Below, piece by piece: positions 28,208-39,085 of a stretch of DNA of 64,000 bases. The DNA is from Dehalococcoidia bacterium (GTDB lineage: Bacteria; Chloroflexota; Dehalococcoidia; Lucifugimonadales; JAGWBF01). The stretch lies in the NCBI GenBank assembly GCA_965207935.1, contig CBDBNM010000001.1, positions 67,614-131,613 on the forward strand. The letters run 5' to 3'. Below the pieces are notes generated by a model. It did not search any database, had not been told where the DNA came from, and was given only the letters and a program-made list of their open reading frames with translations. The translations under genes were made by a program, and so were the position numbers. Each line of letters starts with the position of its first letter. Within the stretch, counting starts at the first letter, position 1.

Positions 28208-29974
28208 TTGCATGACGTGAGTGTGAAACACATTCAAGAACCTGGGACCGGACACAAGGAGCTGGGGCGCCTTCGCTTGGTAGCAGGCGCCTCGAAGTTT
28301 GTGCTTCTGTTGGTTCTGGTTTCGGTATTGGTTGTGGCCTGTTTGGGGGAAGAGCCTACGTCTACGCCCAGGCCTAGTCTAACCCCGACTGCGGCAGCTA
28401 AGTCCAACATCTCTATGGTCTTCACGGAAGAACCCACTCGTCTCGGTGTCTGGGGTTCGCTGGATGTGTCTGGAGACCTCTTGACGCGTCCCGGCTGCCC
28501 AGTCATTCCTGTCCATACGATTTGCCAGGACATGGCCACAGATGTGCTCACCTACGTCGACAGCAGTACTCTCGAGGTTGTGCCCTTGTCCGGTGTCCAG
28601 GCCTGGGAACAGATCGCCGAAGACCGCTGGCGTTTCTATCTAACCCCTGGTGTCAAATTCCATAACGGAGAAGAGTGGAACGCTGAAGCCGCAAGGATAG
28701 GCATCGACATCCAGGGACACGAATACATCGGTCAAGCTTCTCACGGCTACACCGGCACCGTTGTGGGCGAGGTGATTGACAACCTGATCGTTGATGTGGT
28801 CTGCGAAGCAGCATGCCCCATCTTCCCAAGGACTGCTTTCTTTATAGGATTCCAAGCTCCTGAGTGGTGGAGCTACGCCTCTCTGGTCGAACGTACCGAG
28901 AAGACTATCGGCTTCGGCCCCTACGTCCAAGTCGAGCACCGTCGTGGCCGACACATAAAGTTGGAGAAGTACGACAAATACGTGCCAAACTCCTAGGCGC
29001 CCAACGATGCCCAAGCTCCGACTATAGACGAGATAACCATCTACTGGCGCGCCGAGGCCCTCGTCCGCGCAGTTATGGTAGCGGAGGGTGTGGTCGATTG
29101 GGCCGACAATCTCAAACTGGAGCACAGGGACGGCGTGCCCGTTTTCAAGGCCGGTGGCGCTGCTGAGACCTTTGGGCTGGTACACGACACCATCTGGCAC
29201 CCTGAGCTGAGCAAGAGGGATGTGCGCCTAGCATTGGCTCATGCCACCGACTGCGGCATGATCGTCGAGCAGATCTATGAGGGCCAGCTCGCCTGCCAAG
29301 GCACCTACGCTCCTTCGGGAACTTTGGGTGCAACTCAACGCACCATGGCCCAGTACGAGTACAACCCCGACAAGGCTCGGGAGCTGCTGGCTGCAGCCAA
29401 CTACAACCCGGCCAACTCGGTCACCATCAACGTGTCCGAGGGCCTCTATTCTTCTAACGTTGACGTGGCTGAAGCCCAGGCCCACATGTGGAGAGAAGTG
29501 GGCGTCAACGCTCGCGTAGCCGGGCTTGAAACAGCCCGCTGGCTGGATGTTGCCCGTACAGGCTGCGGTCATGCATGGAGAGAACACAAGGGTGATAATC
29601 CCGGGGACACCTACTGCCTAGACGTTCCCCCGGGGCCTCCGTGCTTCTGCGTACCGAACAGCTTCCAGTCGACCTCGCCCCTGGCAACTCTGGACTTCGC
29701 AGCAGGCTTGGGACGCATGGACTGCAACAACGATAGCTCCAACTTCTGTGACCCGGTGAACGTCCAACCCCTCCTTGACCCGGCCAAGGCAGCAAGGCTT
29801 GATGGCTTACCCTCCAGGCAAGAGCTTATGCAGAATCTGGTTGATATCGCCTATGACGAAGCGATCATCTATACCTACTTCGACGCCCCGGTGTTCTACG
29901 GCTCCAGCCCTTACCTGGACTGGGAGCCTCGTTTTGACGGCCGGATGCGTCCCAACAACTGGGCTCTAAACTAA
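28208..29974 (+). pseudogene. family-5 (peptide/nickel-type) ABC substrate-binding lipoprotein interrupted by one in-frame TAG
   Basis: Track ORFs 28208-28996 and 29075-29974 share a frame. TAG lies at 28994-28996. The read-through sequence KYVPNS*APNDAQAPTIDEITIYWRAEALVRAVMVAEGVVDWADNL is colinear with SBP_bac_5 architecture. KFHNGEEWNAEAA motif and a lipobox-like LVVAC. Confidence 0.7.
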
Positions 29975-30085
29975 TCGGTCCTCTTTCCGGCATGACGTTC
30001 GTAAGCTCCCGGCGGCCCTCCGTGTTGCACTATTGCTGTCATTTGGGCTAAAGTTCGTTATCCCCTGATTTCAGAGAGTCCCGCA

Positions 30086-33000
30086 GTGTATTTCAATTGG
30101 CGACTATTTGCCCTGACCCGCGGTGTGAGACTTCGTATCCTCTTCGCCGCAACCCTCGGTCTTATCGCTGTAGGCGCCGGGGTCGGTCGGCTCGCCATAT
30201 CGGGCCTCATAATCTACAGGGTCATCACCGGGCAGGCAGAATTCTCCACGCTTGCTATCCCCCTGCTGATCATCGCGGCCCTCATCGTCACCCGCGGCCT
30301 GTTCCTCTACTGGCAGAACGCTGTGAGCCACCATGCCGCCAACATCGTCAAAGTCAGGCTGCGCAGCCAAGCATACGAACATGCGCTGAAGCTGGGGCCG
30401 GGGTACGCCGATCAGAACCGGACCGGCGACCTGGTCCTTACGGTGGTGGAGGGCATCGAACGCCTGGAGACCTTCTTCGGACAGTACCTGTCCCAATTAA
30501 TCGTGTCCGCCGTCGCCCCCATCGCCGTTTTCGCCTTCATGGTCACCCTCGACGTCTACGTGGCGGTCATCTTCCTGTTGTTCGCCTTTCTCGCGCTGGT
30601 CGTGCCGGCGTCCTTCAATCGGTGGAGCCGGAACAGCAGCTACAGGCGCCGCATATCGTACGGCAACCTGGGCTCGGACTTTCTGGATAGCGTTCAGGGT
30701 CTCGCAACCCTTAAGTCCTTTGGACAGAGCAAGAGCCGGGGCAACGCCCTCGCCCAGCGGGCCCACCATCTGTACAAGAGCACCATGGGTGTGGTGGCCG
30801 CCAACGGGGCGACCAGCGGCGCATCCATACTCTTGATGGCAACGGGGGCGGCCGTAGCTGTGGCTGTAGGGGCCTCCCGGGTCAACAGCGGCGAGATGGA
30901 GCTGCGCCCCCTGCTGATAGTGCTCATGCTTGGGGTGGAGGTGTTCCGGCCCATTCGTGAGCTTACTATGCTCTACCACCAGGGCATGACGGTGCTGTCT
31001 TCGGCGCAGAGCGTCTTTGGAATGCTGGATGAGCCTGTGTCGATCCTTGACTCTGAGACTGCCGTTAGGCGGCCGCCTGCGGAAATCAGGCCGGAGGTTA
31101 GCTTCGAGCAAGTCACCTTCGGGTACGACGGCGGCCACAGGCCTGCCCTGAGCGATGTGTCCTTCGAGCTCCGCAAAGGTGAGACCCTGGGCGTTGTCGG
31201 GGCGAGCGGTTCGGGAAAGTCAACGCTGGTCTGGCTCATGTACAGGTTCTACGATCCCCAGTCCGGCAGCATCAGGCTGGGCGGGCATGACCTCCGGGAG
31301 CTCCCCCTCAGTGTCATCAGGGAGAACATCTCCGTCGTTACCCAGGACACCTACCTGTTCCATGGGACGGTCGCCGACAACTTGCGTTTCGGCAAGCCCG
31401 ACGCTACCCAAGAGGAGCTGGAACAGGCTGCTCGCGTGGCCAATGCCCATGAGTTCATATCCGAGCTTCCCGACGGCTACGAGACTATAGTAGGCGAGCG
31501 GGCGGTCCGGCTTTCCGGAGGCCAGCGACAGCGCTTGGCCATAGCAAGGGCGATGCTGAAGGATGCCCCGGTCCTGCTGCTGGACGAGGCCCTTTCCAGC
31601 GTGGATGCGGAGAACGAGTCGGTCATCCAGCGGGCCCTTGACCGGCTGATGGAGAACAGGACGACCCTCGTCATCGCCCACCGTCTGTCGAGCATAATCA
31701 ACGCCGACCGCATCCTGGTCCTGGACGAAGGTGGGGTTGTGGAGATAGGGACCCACGCTGAGCTGATGGGCGCTGACGGCACCTATGCCAGGCTTATGCG
31801 CCAGCAGACCGAAATGGGGATGGCAACGTCCCCAGCTCCTGTGATCGTTGGCGGCGAAGAGTTCGATGCCTCCGTTCCTGGGGCGACCCCGGACGCTGGC
31901 CGAGCCGACCAGGAGGCTTCCACCCCCGCTCCTGTAAGGGAGCAGGTGAACCTGCGCTCGTTTACGGTCTGGGCCAGGTTGTTCGGGCTGGTGAGGCCGG
32001 TCAAATATCACTTCTTCCTTATCCTCGCTTTGGGGCTGCTCTATCATGGCTCGGTCATCATCTTGGGAGCGTTTACCGCACTGCTCGTAGGGGCGGTTTT
32101 CCGGGGTGAGCCCCTGACGACGCTGATCGTCGTCGTGTGCACCCTCGCTCCCATCTCGGGGCTGCTCTTCTACCTGGAGACTTGGCAGGCCCACGACATG
32201 GCATTCAGGCTGCTGGCAAGAATGCGCATGGATTTGTACGACAAGCTGGAGCCCCTGGCGCCTGCCTACATGGTACGCCGTCGATCGGGCGACTTGGTCA
32301 GCGTCGTCGGTGGCGATGTCGAGACGGTGGAGTTCTTCTTTGCTCATGCAGTGTCTCCCATGATCGTTTCGATTCTCGTACCCGGTGGAGTGCTGATCGC
32401 TCTGGGCATCATTTCGTGGCCGATAGCTGTGGTGCTGGCCCCGTTCCTGGTAGCAGTGGCGGTCAGCCCGTTCTTTGCCAACTCGCGCATAGAGCGCCTC
32501 GGCACTGAGATACGTGGTCGCGCAGGGGACCTCCACGCCTACATGGTTGACAGCATCCAGGGGATGCGGGAGATCACAGCCTTTGACCGGGGGGCTGAGC
32601 GGAACCGGGAAATGACCCAGAAGGGCTGGGCATATGTCGGCCACCTGGTGCGGTTCCAGAAATCCCAGGCGCTCCAGATCGGGTTCATGGAAGCCATGAT
32701 GGGCCTCGGTGGACTGGCGGTCATGACGGTGGGCATCTGGCTAGTGCTCAATGGACAGATAGCCCGGACCGAGCTGCTTCTAGCAAGCGTGATGGGCTTG
32801 GCGTCCTTCAGCCCGGTGACCGAGCTGGCCCGCACCATGAAGCAGATGATGGAGACGCTGGCTGCCTCCCGTCGCATACTGGCCATCCACGACGAGGCGG
32901 TCCCCGTGCAGGACGGCCCCGGTGTGGCGCCACGAGCTGGCGAGGCGACTGCCGGGTCGCTCCTGATTGACTTCGAAGATGTGGCCTTTGCTTATTCGGA

Positions 33001-33706
33001 AGGCGACCCCCAGGCCCTGGCCGACGTTTCCTTCGACATAGAGTCCGGGCAGACCGCCGCCATCGTGGGCCGTTCAGGGGCTGGCAAGACGACGGTCGCC
33101 TACCTGATGATGCGCTTCTGGGACCCGGACCGGGGTGACATAGAGCTGGACGGCAACCGGCTGGACCAGCTTCGCCTCGATGATCTCCGGGGCAACATGT
33201 CCCTCGTCGCCCAGGACACCTACCTGTTCAACGATACCGTTCGCGAAAACATCAGGCTCGGACGATTTGATGCAACGGACTTGGAAGTGGTGGAGGCTGC
33301 TGAGCAGGCGAATGCTTCTGAGTTCATAGATTCCTTCCCCGAGGGGTACGACACCCGCGTCGGAGAGCGGGGGATGCAGCTTTCGGGCGGTCAACGACAG
33401 CGGATCGCTATCGCCCGTGCCATTCTCAAGAACGCCCCGGTGCTGATCCTCGACGAGGCCACATCCCACCTGGATGCCATCAGCGAGGCGACCGTTCGCG
33501 AAGCGCTTAACCGGCTCAAGTCGGGCAGGACGACCGTCGTGATGGCCCACCGGCTGTCCACCATACGGGACGCCGACATCATCCTGGTGCTGGACCGGGG
33601 GCTGGTGGTGGAGCAGGGCACCCACGATGAGCTTCTGGCGCGGGGCGGGCTGTACGCACAGCTTGTGTCGACTCAGCTGCAGGGCCAGCGGGCCGCCGCG
33701 GACTGA
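30086..33706 (+). CDS. fused full-length ABC exporter (TMD-NBD-TMD-NBD; CydD/CydC-like halves)
   Basis: 1206 aa. Walker A GASGSGKST and GRSGAGKTT, signature LSGGQRQR twice, Walker B LLLDEALS and LILDEATS. Six-TM blocks precede each NBD. Confidence 0.85.
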   Translation: MYFNWRLFALTRGVRLRILFAATLGLIAVGAGVGRLAISGLIIYRVITGQAEFSTLAIPLLIIAALIVTRGLFLYWQNAVSHHAANIVKVRLRSQAYEHALKLGPGYADQNRTGDLVLTVVEGIERLETFFGQYLSQLIVSAVAPIAVFAFMVTLDVYVAVIFLLFAFLALVVPASFNRWSRNSSYRRRISYGNLGSDFLDSVQGLATLKSFGQSKSRGNALAQRAHHLYKSTMGVVAANGATSGASILLMATGAAVAVAVGASRVNSGEMELRPLLIVLMLGVEVFRPIRELTMLYHQGMTVLSSAQSVFGMLDEPVSILDSETAVRRPPAEIRPEVSFEQVTFGYDGGHRPALSDVSFELRKGETLGVVGASGSGKSTLVWLMYRFYDPQSGSIRLGGHDLRELPLSVIRENISVVTQDTYLFHGTVADNLRFGKPDATQEELEQAARVANAHEFISELPDGYETIVGERAVRLSGGQRQRLAIARAMLKDAPVLLLDEALSSVDAENESVIQRALDRLMENRTTLVIAHRLSSIINADRILVLDEGGVVEIGTHAELMGADGTYARLMRQQTEMGMATSPAPVIVGGEEFDASVPGATPDAGRADQEASTPAPVREQVNLRSFTVWARLFGLVRPVKYHFFLILALGLLYHGSVIILGAFTALLVGAVFRGEPLTTLIVVVCTLAPISGLLFYLETWQAHDMAFRLLARMRMDLYDKLEPLAPAYMVRRRSGDLVSVVGGDVETVEFFFAHAVSPMIVSILVPGGVLIALGIISWPIAVVLAPFLVAVAVSPFFANSRIERLGTEIRGRAGDLHAYMVDSIQGMREITAFDRGAERNREMTQKGWAYVGHLVRFQKSQALQIGFMEAMMGLGGLAVMTVGIWLVLNGQIARTELLLASVMGLASFSPVTELARTMKQMMETLAASRRILAIHDEAVPVQDGPGVAPRAGEATAGSLLIDFEDVAFAYSEGDPQALADVSFDIESGQTAAIVGRSGAGKTTVAYLMMRFWDPDRGDIELDGNRLDQLRLDDLRGNMSLVAQDTYLFNDTVRENIRLGRFDATDLEVVEAAEQANASEFIDSFPEGYDTRVGERGMQLSGGQRQRIAIARAILKNAPVLILDEATSHLDAISEATVREALNRLKSGRTTVVMAHRLSTIRDADIILVLDRGLVVEQGTHDELLARGGLYAQLVSTQLQGQRAAAD

Positions 33707-33745
33707 TCCGGCTTCCGGTAGGGGTAAATGCGCCAGGACCCTTCC

Positions 33746-35446
33746 CTAGCTCCCGGCGCCGCCCCGCTCCTGCTTGGCCCAGGTGTCGCGGAGGGCCACG
33801 GTACGGTTGAAGACGGGCTTGCCCGGCGCTGATTCTTCGGTGTCGGTGCAGAAGTACCCCTGGCGCTCGAACTGGTACCTGGCCCCGGGCTGGGCCTCTG
33901 CCAAGCTCGGCTCCACCCGGCAATCCGCCAGGGTTTCCACGGATGCAGGGTTCAGGTAGCTGGTGAAGTCCACTCCTTCTTCCTCCCTGCCCGGCTCGGG
34001 ATGCAGGAAGAGCCTGTCGTACAGCCTCACCTCGGCCTGCGTCGAGTGCTGCGCCGAAACCCAGTGAATCGTGCCCCGCACCCGGCGTCCGTCGGGCGCG
34101 GTCCCGCCTCGGGTGCCGGGATCGTAGGTGCAGTGGACCTCGGTGACCTGCCCCGATGAGTCCTTAACGACATCCACGCAGGTGACCAGGTAGGCGTACC
34201 GCAGACGCACCTCCCGGCCGGGAGCCAGCCTGTAGTAGTTCTTGGGTGGGTCCTCCCGGAAGTCGTCCTGCTCGATGTACAGCTCCCGGGAGAAGGGCGC
34301 CATGCGGGTACCCATGGACGGGTCCTCAGGGTTGTTGGCGGCTTCCATCTCCTCCACCAAGTCGTCGGGGTAGTTGTCGATGACCAGCTTAAGGGGGCGC
34401 AGCACCGCCATTGCCCTGGGCGCCCGCCGGTTCAGGTCATCCCTAATGCTGTGCTCCAGGTGGGCGATATCGACGGTGTTGTCCCGCCGGGCGACGCCTA
34501 TCTGTTCGCAGAAGCTGCGGATGGCCTCGGGTGTGTAGCCCCGCCTCCGCAGGCCGCTCAGGGTGGGCATCCTGGGGTCGTTCCACCCATTGACATAACC
34601 CTCTTCCACCAGTTGCAGGAGCTTGCGCTTGCTCAAGACTGTATAGCTGAGGTTCAGCCTGGCGAACTCGGTCTGCTCGGGCCTGGGACTCAGCCCCAGG
34701 GTATCCAGTACCCAGTCGTATACAGCCCGGTTGTTCTCGAACTCCAGCGTACACAGGGAGTGGGTGACCCCTTCGATGTAGTCCGAGAGGCAGTGGGCAT
34801 AGTCGTAGGTCGGATAGATGCACCATGCGTCGCCGGTCCTGTAGTGCTCGGCGTGGCGGATGCGGTAGAGGGTGGGGTCCCGCATGATCACCTTGGGGGA
34901 TGTCATATCAATCTTGGCCCGCAGGATATGGGCGCCATCGGGGAACTCCCCGGCCCGCATTCGTTGAAAGAGGTCCAGGTTCTCTTCTATTGAGCGGTCC
35001 CGGTAGGGGCTGACCCGGCCCGGCTCGGTCAGGGTGCCCCGGTGGAGGCGTATCTCCTCCTGGGACAAGCTGTCCACGTAGGCCTTTTCCCCCTCGATAA
35101 GCTGGAGGGCGAACCGGTATAGCTGCTCCTGGTAGTCGGAAGCGTGGCAGGGGTCGCCCTCCCAGCCGAAACCCAGCCAGCGGATGTCGTCCTGGATGGC
35201 TTGTACGTACTCCGGGTCTTCCCGCTCTGGATTGGTGTCATCGAAGCGGAGGTTGCACTTGCCTCCATATTCCAGGGCGACGCCGAAGTTGAGGCACATG
35301 GACTTGGCGTGTCCGATGTGGAGGTAGCCGTTGGGTTCTGGGGGAAAGCGGGTGACGACCCGGCCGCCGTGCTTGTTGGTTCGAAGGTCTTCGGCAACTA
35401 TCCTCCGGATGAAGTCGGAGGGGACCGGGGTATCAGGTGTGCTCAT
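33746..35446 (-). CDS. glnS: glutaminyl-tRNA synthetase
   Basis: Class I HIGH motif ([14 protein letters not shown]), KMSKS-type VLSKRK, GlnRS-type C-terminal anticodon-binding region; 566 aa. Confidence 0.9.
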   Translation of the reverse strand: MSTPDTPVPSDFIRRIVAEDLRTNKHGGRVVTRFPPEPNGYLHIGHAKSMCLNFGVALEYGGKCNLRFDDTNPEREDPEYVQAIQDDIRWLGFGWEGDPCHASDYQEQLYRFALQLIEGEKAYVDSLSQEEIRLHRGTLTEPGRVSPYRDRSIEENLDLFQRMRAGEFPDGAHILRAKIDMTSPKVIMRDPTLYRIRHAEHYRTGDAWCIYPTYDYAHCLSDYIEGVTHSLCTLEFENNRAVYDWVLDTLGLSPRPEQTEFARLNLSYTVLSKRKLLQLVEEGYVNGWNDPRMPTLSGLRRRGYTPEAIRSFCEQIGVARRDNTVDIAHLEHSIRDDLNRRAPRAMAVLRPLKLVIDNYPDDLVEEMEAANNPEDPSMGTRMAPFSRELYIEQDDFREDPPKNYYRLAPGREVRLRYAYLVTCVDVVKDSSGQVTEVHCTYDPGTRGGTAPDGRRVRGTIHWVSAQHSTQAEVRLYDRLFLHPEPGREEEGVDFTSYLNPASVETLADCRVEPSLAEAQPGARYQFERQGYFCTDTEESAPGKPVFNRTVALRDTWAKQERGGAGS

Positions 35447-35476
35447 CCGGAAAGCTCCAAGCTGGAAAGGGACATC

Positions 35477-36505
35477 CTAGCGGAACTTGGGCATTACCCG
35501 GTCCGCAAGGAGCTCTATGGTGTTCACCACCTTGTCGTAGGGTATCTGCCCGCCGTAGTTGACCTCCATGAGTATGCCGTTCAGCCCCAGCCGGTCGTCA
35601 AACTCATGGATGCGCTCCACCACAGCTTCCGGGGTGCCGTAGATGCACCGCGCTTTCAGTATCTCATCGTAGGGTACGTCGGCCACCTTCTTGAGCCGGT
35701 CAATGACCTCTTGGCTGGCGGCAGTCGCCATTAGCTCCCGCACACGATAGGCGATGCCGTGCATAGTGCTGGCCTCGGGCACCGAGTAGGCTTCTTCGGC
35801 CGACTCTGAGACGAAGGCCGGAGCCCGGAGCATCACATCCCCTGAGCCCGGATGCCCCGCCGAAACCCATGCGTCCCTGTACTGGGAGACCCGCTCCTCC
35901 AGCTGGGGCAGGGGTGTGTTGGACATGACAAAGATGGGGTAGCCCAGCTCGCCCATCTGGGAGTAGGAGTCCTCGCTGGCGATGGCCACCCTGAAGGGCG
36001 GATAGGGCTTCTGATAGGGCTTCGGCACCACAGAGACATCATCGAAGTCGAAGTGCTCACCATGGTGAGAGAAGCTGTCCTGGGTCCAGGCGCCCAGGAT
36101 TACATCCAGGCTCTCGTAGAAGCGGGTCCTGCTTTCCGAGTAGTCGATGCCGAAGGCATCGTAGAACTTGGTGCTGCCGCTCCTGCCTATGCCGAAGTTG
36201 AAGCGCCCCCTGCTCACCTGGTCCATGGTCGCGACCTCTTCGGCGATTCGAAGGGGGTTGAACAAGGGCAATACCTGCACCGCCAGCCCGATACGGATGC
36301 TCTCAGTACGGGCGGCGACGGCGCTTCCGATCACCAGGGGGGCCGAGGAGACGGAGCGGTCCGGGCTGAAGTGGTACTCAGCCAGCCACACCGAGTCCAG
36401 GCCGGCACGGTCGGCCAGCTCGACCTGGCTGAAGGCCTCGTCGAAGGCTTCGGTGACGACCATGCCCTCCCGCACGGGGAAGTCGGTGAAAATGCCAAAG
36501 TCCAT
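35477..36505 (-). CDS. LLM-class (luciferase-like) flavin-dependent oxidoreductase
   Basis: MDFGIF start, LAEYHF, and GRFNFGIGRSG, which are typical of the bacterial luciferase family. Confidence 0.8.
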   Translation of the reverse strand: MDFGIFTDFPVREGMVVTEAFDEAFSQVELADRAGLDSVWLAEYHFSPDRSVSSAPLVIGSAVAARTESIRIGLAVQVLPLFNPLRIAEEVATMDQVSRGRFNFGIGRSGSTKFYDAFGIDYSESRTRFYESLDVILGAWTQDSFSHHGEHFDFDDVSVVPKPYQKPYPPFRVAIASEDSYSQMGELGYPIFVMSNTPLPQLEERVSQYRDAWVSAGHPGSGDVMLRAPAFVSESAEEAYSVPEASTMHGIAYRVRELMATAASQEVIDRLKKVADVPYDEILKARCIYGTPEAVVERIHEFDDRLGLNGILMEVNYGGQIPYDKVVNTIELLADRVMPKFR

Positions 36506-36531
36506 ATCAGGAAACCCTCCCGACGATGTCC

Positions 36532-37449
36532 TTAGCTTTCCGTGCGGGCGTTGATGAAGTTGGTGACCGCATCATGGAAGGCGTCGGGCTGCTCCCGGAA
36601 CACCGAGTGTCCCGACTGGTTGATGATGCACATTTCCGAGTCCGGCACCGAGGACATGATGAGCTGCATGCACGGGATGCCGCAGCGTTCCATGGTGGCG
36701 GAGGGGTCGTTATAGGCCCATATGACCAGGGTCGGCGCCTTGATGCCGCCATCGATTATCCACTCGTGGGTCTCCTTCTGCTTGGCGACAAGGTCAGTCT
36801 TGAACTGGTCCAGGAGCCCGCTCTTCATCTTGGTGTTGACCTCGGCGGTCTTGTCCATGCCCTTGATCTCCAGGCAGACGTCCAGGTAGCGGTCGGTTAT
36901 GTGGTCGCCGGTGAAGGAGTTGCATGTGATCCTGTGACGCATGGCTTCCCTGGGGTCGGCAATCTGGGCGGCCTGGCGGTCCCACTCATCGTAAATGGGA
37001 TTGGGAGGCGTCATCAACGTCGAGCTGTCGATGATGATGAGGCTCCTCACCACCTCGGGGTGCTCCAGGGCCAGGCGGGTGACGGCGTAGCCTCCCCTGG
37101 AATGGCCGGCGATGTGGGCGCTGTCGATACCCACGGCATCCATGAAGTCATAGAGGTGCTGGACGTTGGCGCCGATCACGTACTCTTCGTCGGAAAGAGG
37201 ATTGTCGGTGAACCCCATCCCGATCTTGTCGTAGGCGAAGGTGTGGTAGGACTGGGAAAGAGTTTCGAAGTTCATCTCCCAGTCTTCGGCGTTGCTGTGG
37301 GAGCCGAAGTTCCCGCCGTGAACCAGCACGAGGGGCTCGCCCTCGCCTGCTTCGAAGTACCGGGTCTTGATGCCCTTCACATCCACGTATTTGGGATCGC
37401 TCAAGGCGCACCTCCAGTACAAATGTGCTCGCCACGCTTCCGGCAGCAT
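36532..37449 (-). CDS. alpha/beta hydrolase (meta-cleavage-product hydrolase-like)
   Basis: HGG oxyanion motif (LVLVHGG) and nucleophile elbow GHSRGG. Start set at ATG 37449, because the longer track ORF (to 37521) runs into an 18-bp hairpin. Confidence 0.75.
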   Translation of the reverse strand: MLPEAWRAHLYWRCALSDPKYVDVKGIKTRYFEAGEGEPLVLVHGGNFGSHSNAEDWEMNFETLSQSYHTFAYDKIGMGFTDNPLSDEEYVIGANVQHLYDFMDAVGIDSAHIAGHSRGGYAVTRLALEHPEVVRSLIIIDSSTLMTPPNPIYDEWDRQAAQIADPREAMRHRITCNSFTGDHITDRYLDVCLEIKGMDKTAEVNTKMKSGLLDQFKTDLVAKQKETHEWIIDGGIKAPTLVIWAYNDPSATMERCGIPCMQLIMSSVPDSEMCIINQSGHSVFREQPDAFHDAVTNFINARTES

Positions 37450-37517
37450 CTTCAGCAGGAATGTGGCGTCTAATGGGGCTTGGAGAAGATTGTAGTTAGG
37501 CCCTGCAAAGCTGTCAA

Positions 37518-37558
37518 ACACCCTGGGCGAACTCCATTCCGGAGTTCGCCCAGGGTGT
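37518..37558 (-). terminator. perfect 18-bp hairpin between the RidA gene and the downstream alpha/beta hydrolase gene
   Basis: ACACCCTGGGCGAACTCC - ATTCC - GGAGTTCGCCCAGGGTGT. The flanking U tracts are weak on both strands, so it may act as an attenuator, processing site or terminator. Confidence 0.5.
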
Positions 37559-37602
37559 TTATGCTACCGGTCTAATAGCTCGGACTAGCGACGGTTTAGT
37601 GG

Positions 37603-37986
37603 CTAGCCCTGGGCTGCGATAACCGTGATCTCTACCAGCATATCGTCGCGTACCAGGTCGGCCTTGACGGTGGTGCGAGTGGGCGGGTCCACCGGGAAGA
37701 ACTTCCGGTACTCTTCGTTGTAGACCTCGAACACGCTGACGTCTTTCAGGAAGGTGGTCACGGAGACGGCGTTGGTGAGGGAAGTGCCGGCTTCCTTCAG
37801 GATGGTGTCGATGGTCTCCAGACAGGTGCGCACCTGTACACGGATGTCGGGGTCCATGGTACCGTCGGCCTTCCTGGGGGCGGGGGTCCCTGAAACGAAG
37901 ACAAGTCCGGCGGACTTGATGGCCCTGACGGCGGGGATCCCGGGGGGTGGCAGGCTGTCAACCTTTACTACGGTTCGATCGGGCAT
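37603..37986 (-). CDS. RidA/YjgF/TdcF-family reactive-intermediate deaminase
   Basis: VFVSGTPA...ARTTV family pattern. Start trimmed to ATG 37986 (MPDRTVVKVD...). Confidence 0.8.
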   Translation of the reverse strand: MPDRTVVKVDSLPPPGIPAVRAIKSAGLVFVSGTPAPRKADGTMDPDIRVQVRTCLETIDTILKEAGTSLTNAVSVTTFLKDVSVFEVYNEEYRKFFPVDPPTRTTVKADLVRDDMLVEITVIAAQG

Positions 37987-38062
37987 AACTACTCCTTTCA
38001 TCATGTGGAAGGGTTCCCGAGGGAACCCTTTTGCCACTACCGTTACTCTAGGCTTCGCCCCT

Positions 38063-38941
38063 TCATGGGCTGTCGTCTTCTGCCAGAAAACCGACGCCGT
38101 CACTGATGGACTGCCGGGCGGGCCACTTGCCGGCCTCTACCGAGGTGACGAAGTCCAGCACAGCGCGATTGAACAGGTCAGGCTCTTCCAGGTTCAGGGC
38201 ATGGCCTGTCTGGGGCATGACCATCAGGCCGGACCTGGGTATGCACCGCTTCATCATCATGGAGGGCTCCAGGCTGGGGTCATCCTCGTCGCCAACCAGA
38301 ATGAGGGTGGGCACCTGGAGGGAGCGCATGCCCTCTTCCAGGTCATAAACCGTCGGACGGCGTCCCTGAACACCACGAAAGGTGAGGGCCGAGCCGAGCG
38401 CAGAGTGCTCTGAGAACCGCTGGGCAAAGCCTTCCCATCCCTTGGGATCCTTGCGCAGGAGCTGGACGCGACTGGGACCCCGGGTGTAGTCGCCGAAGGC
38501 GTCCATGCCCCCGGCTTCTATCTGGTCCGCGAACTCCAGGGCTTGGCGCCGAAAGGCTTCCTTGTTGGTCGAGCCGTACCCTGCACCCGCGACCACCAAG
38601 CCCCTGGCCCTGCCGGGGTGCAGGATGCCGAAATGCAGGGAAACGTTGCCGCCCATGGACAAGCCCACGATGTAGGCATCGCGAATTCCCAGGGCGTTGA
38701 GCAGCCCCCTGAGGTCATCGACGTGCTGCTCCTGGGAGTAGTCTTCCATCCGGCCGGGCACATCGGAGGGGGGATAGCCCCTGGCGTTGTAGGTGATTAC
38801 CTGGTTGCGGCGGGAGAAGAAGCCGACCTGCTGGTCCCAGCTTTCGTAGCTGCCGGCGTACTCATGGCAGAAGACGATGGGGTAGCCTTCCCCATGAACC
38901 TCATAGTACAGCTCGATGTTGTTGACCTTGGCCTTGGGCAT
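38063..38941 (-). CDS. alpha/beta hydrolase
   Basis: Nucleophile elbow GLSMGG, and the C-terminal H of the triad in QTGHALNLE. Confidence 0.8.
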   Translation of the reverse strand: MPKAKVNNIELYYEVHGEGYPIVFCHEYAGSYESWDQQVGFFSRRNQVITYNARGYPPSDVPGRMEDYSQEQHVDDLRGLLNALGIRDAYIVGLSMGGNVSLHFGILHPGRARGLVVAGAGYGSTNKEAFRRQALEFADQIEAGGMDAFGDYTRGPSRVQLLRKDPKGWEGFAQRFSEHSALGSALTFRGVQGRRPTVYDLEEGMRSLQVPTLILVGDEDDPSLEPSMMMKRCIPRSGLMVMPQTGHALNLEEPDLFNRAVLDFVTSVEAGKWPARQSISDGVGFLAEDDSP

Positions 38942-39085
38942 GGCCCCTCCGTGGAATACGGCGGTTGGCTGGTAGTTGTCATGGTAGCTGTGCCCTTATG
39001 GTGTGTCAACAAAGGTAACCCAGGGAAGGTGCCCCCGGACAACCCCATCATATATAATTGGGCACAGCTACTGGGAGGTAGGACC

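Noticed and set aside
31220-32644. 474-aa minus-strand ORF inside the fused ABC exporter gene
   Set aside because: The plus strand shows complete Walker A/B and signature motifs and TM blocks. This is an antisense artefact.
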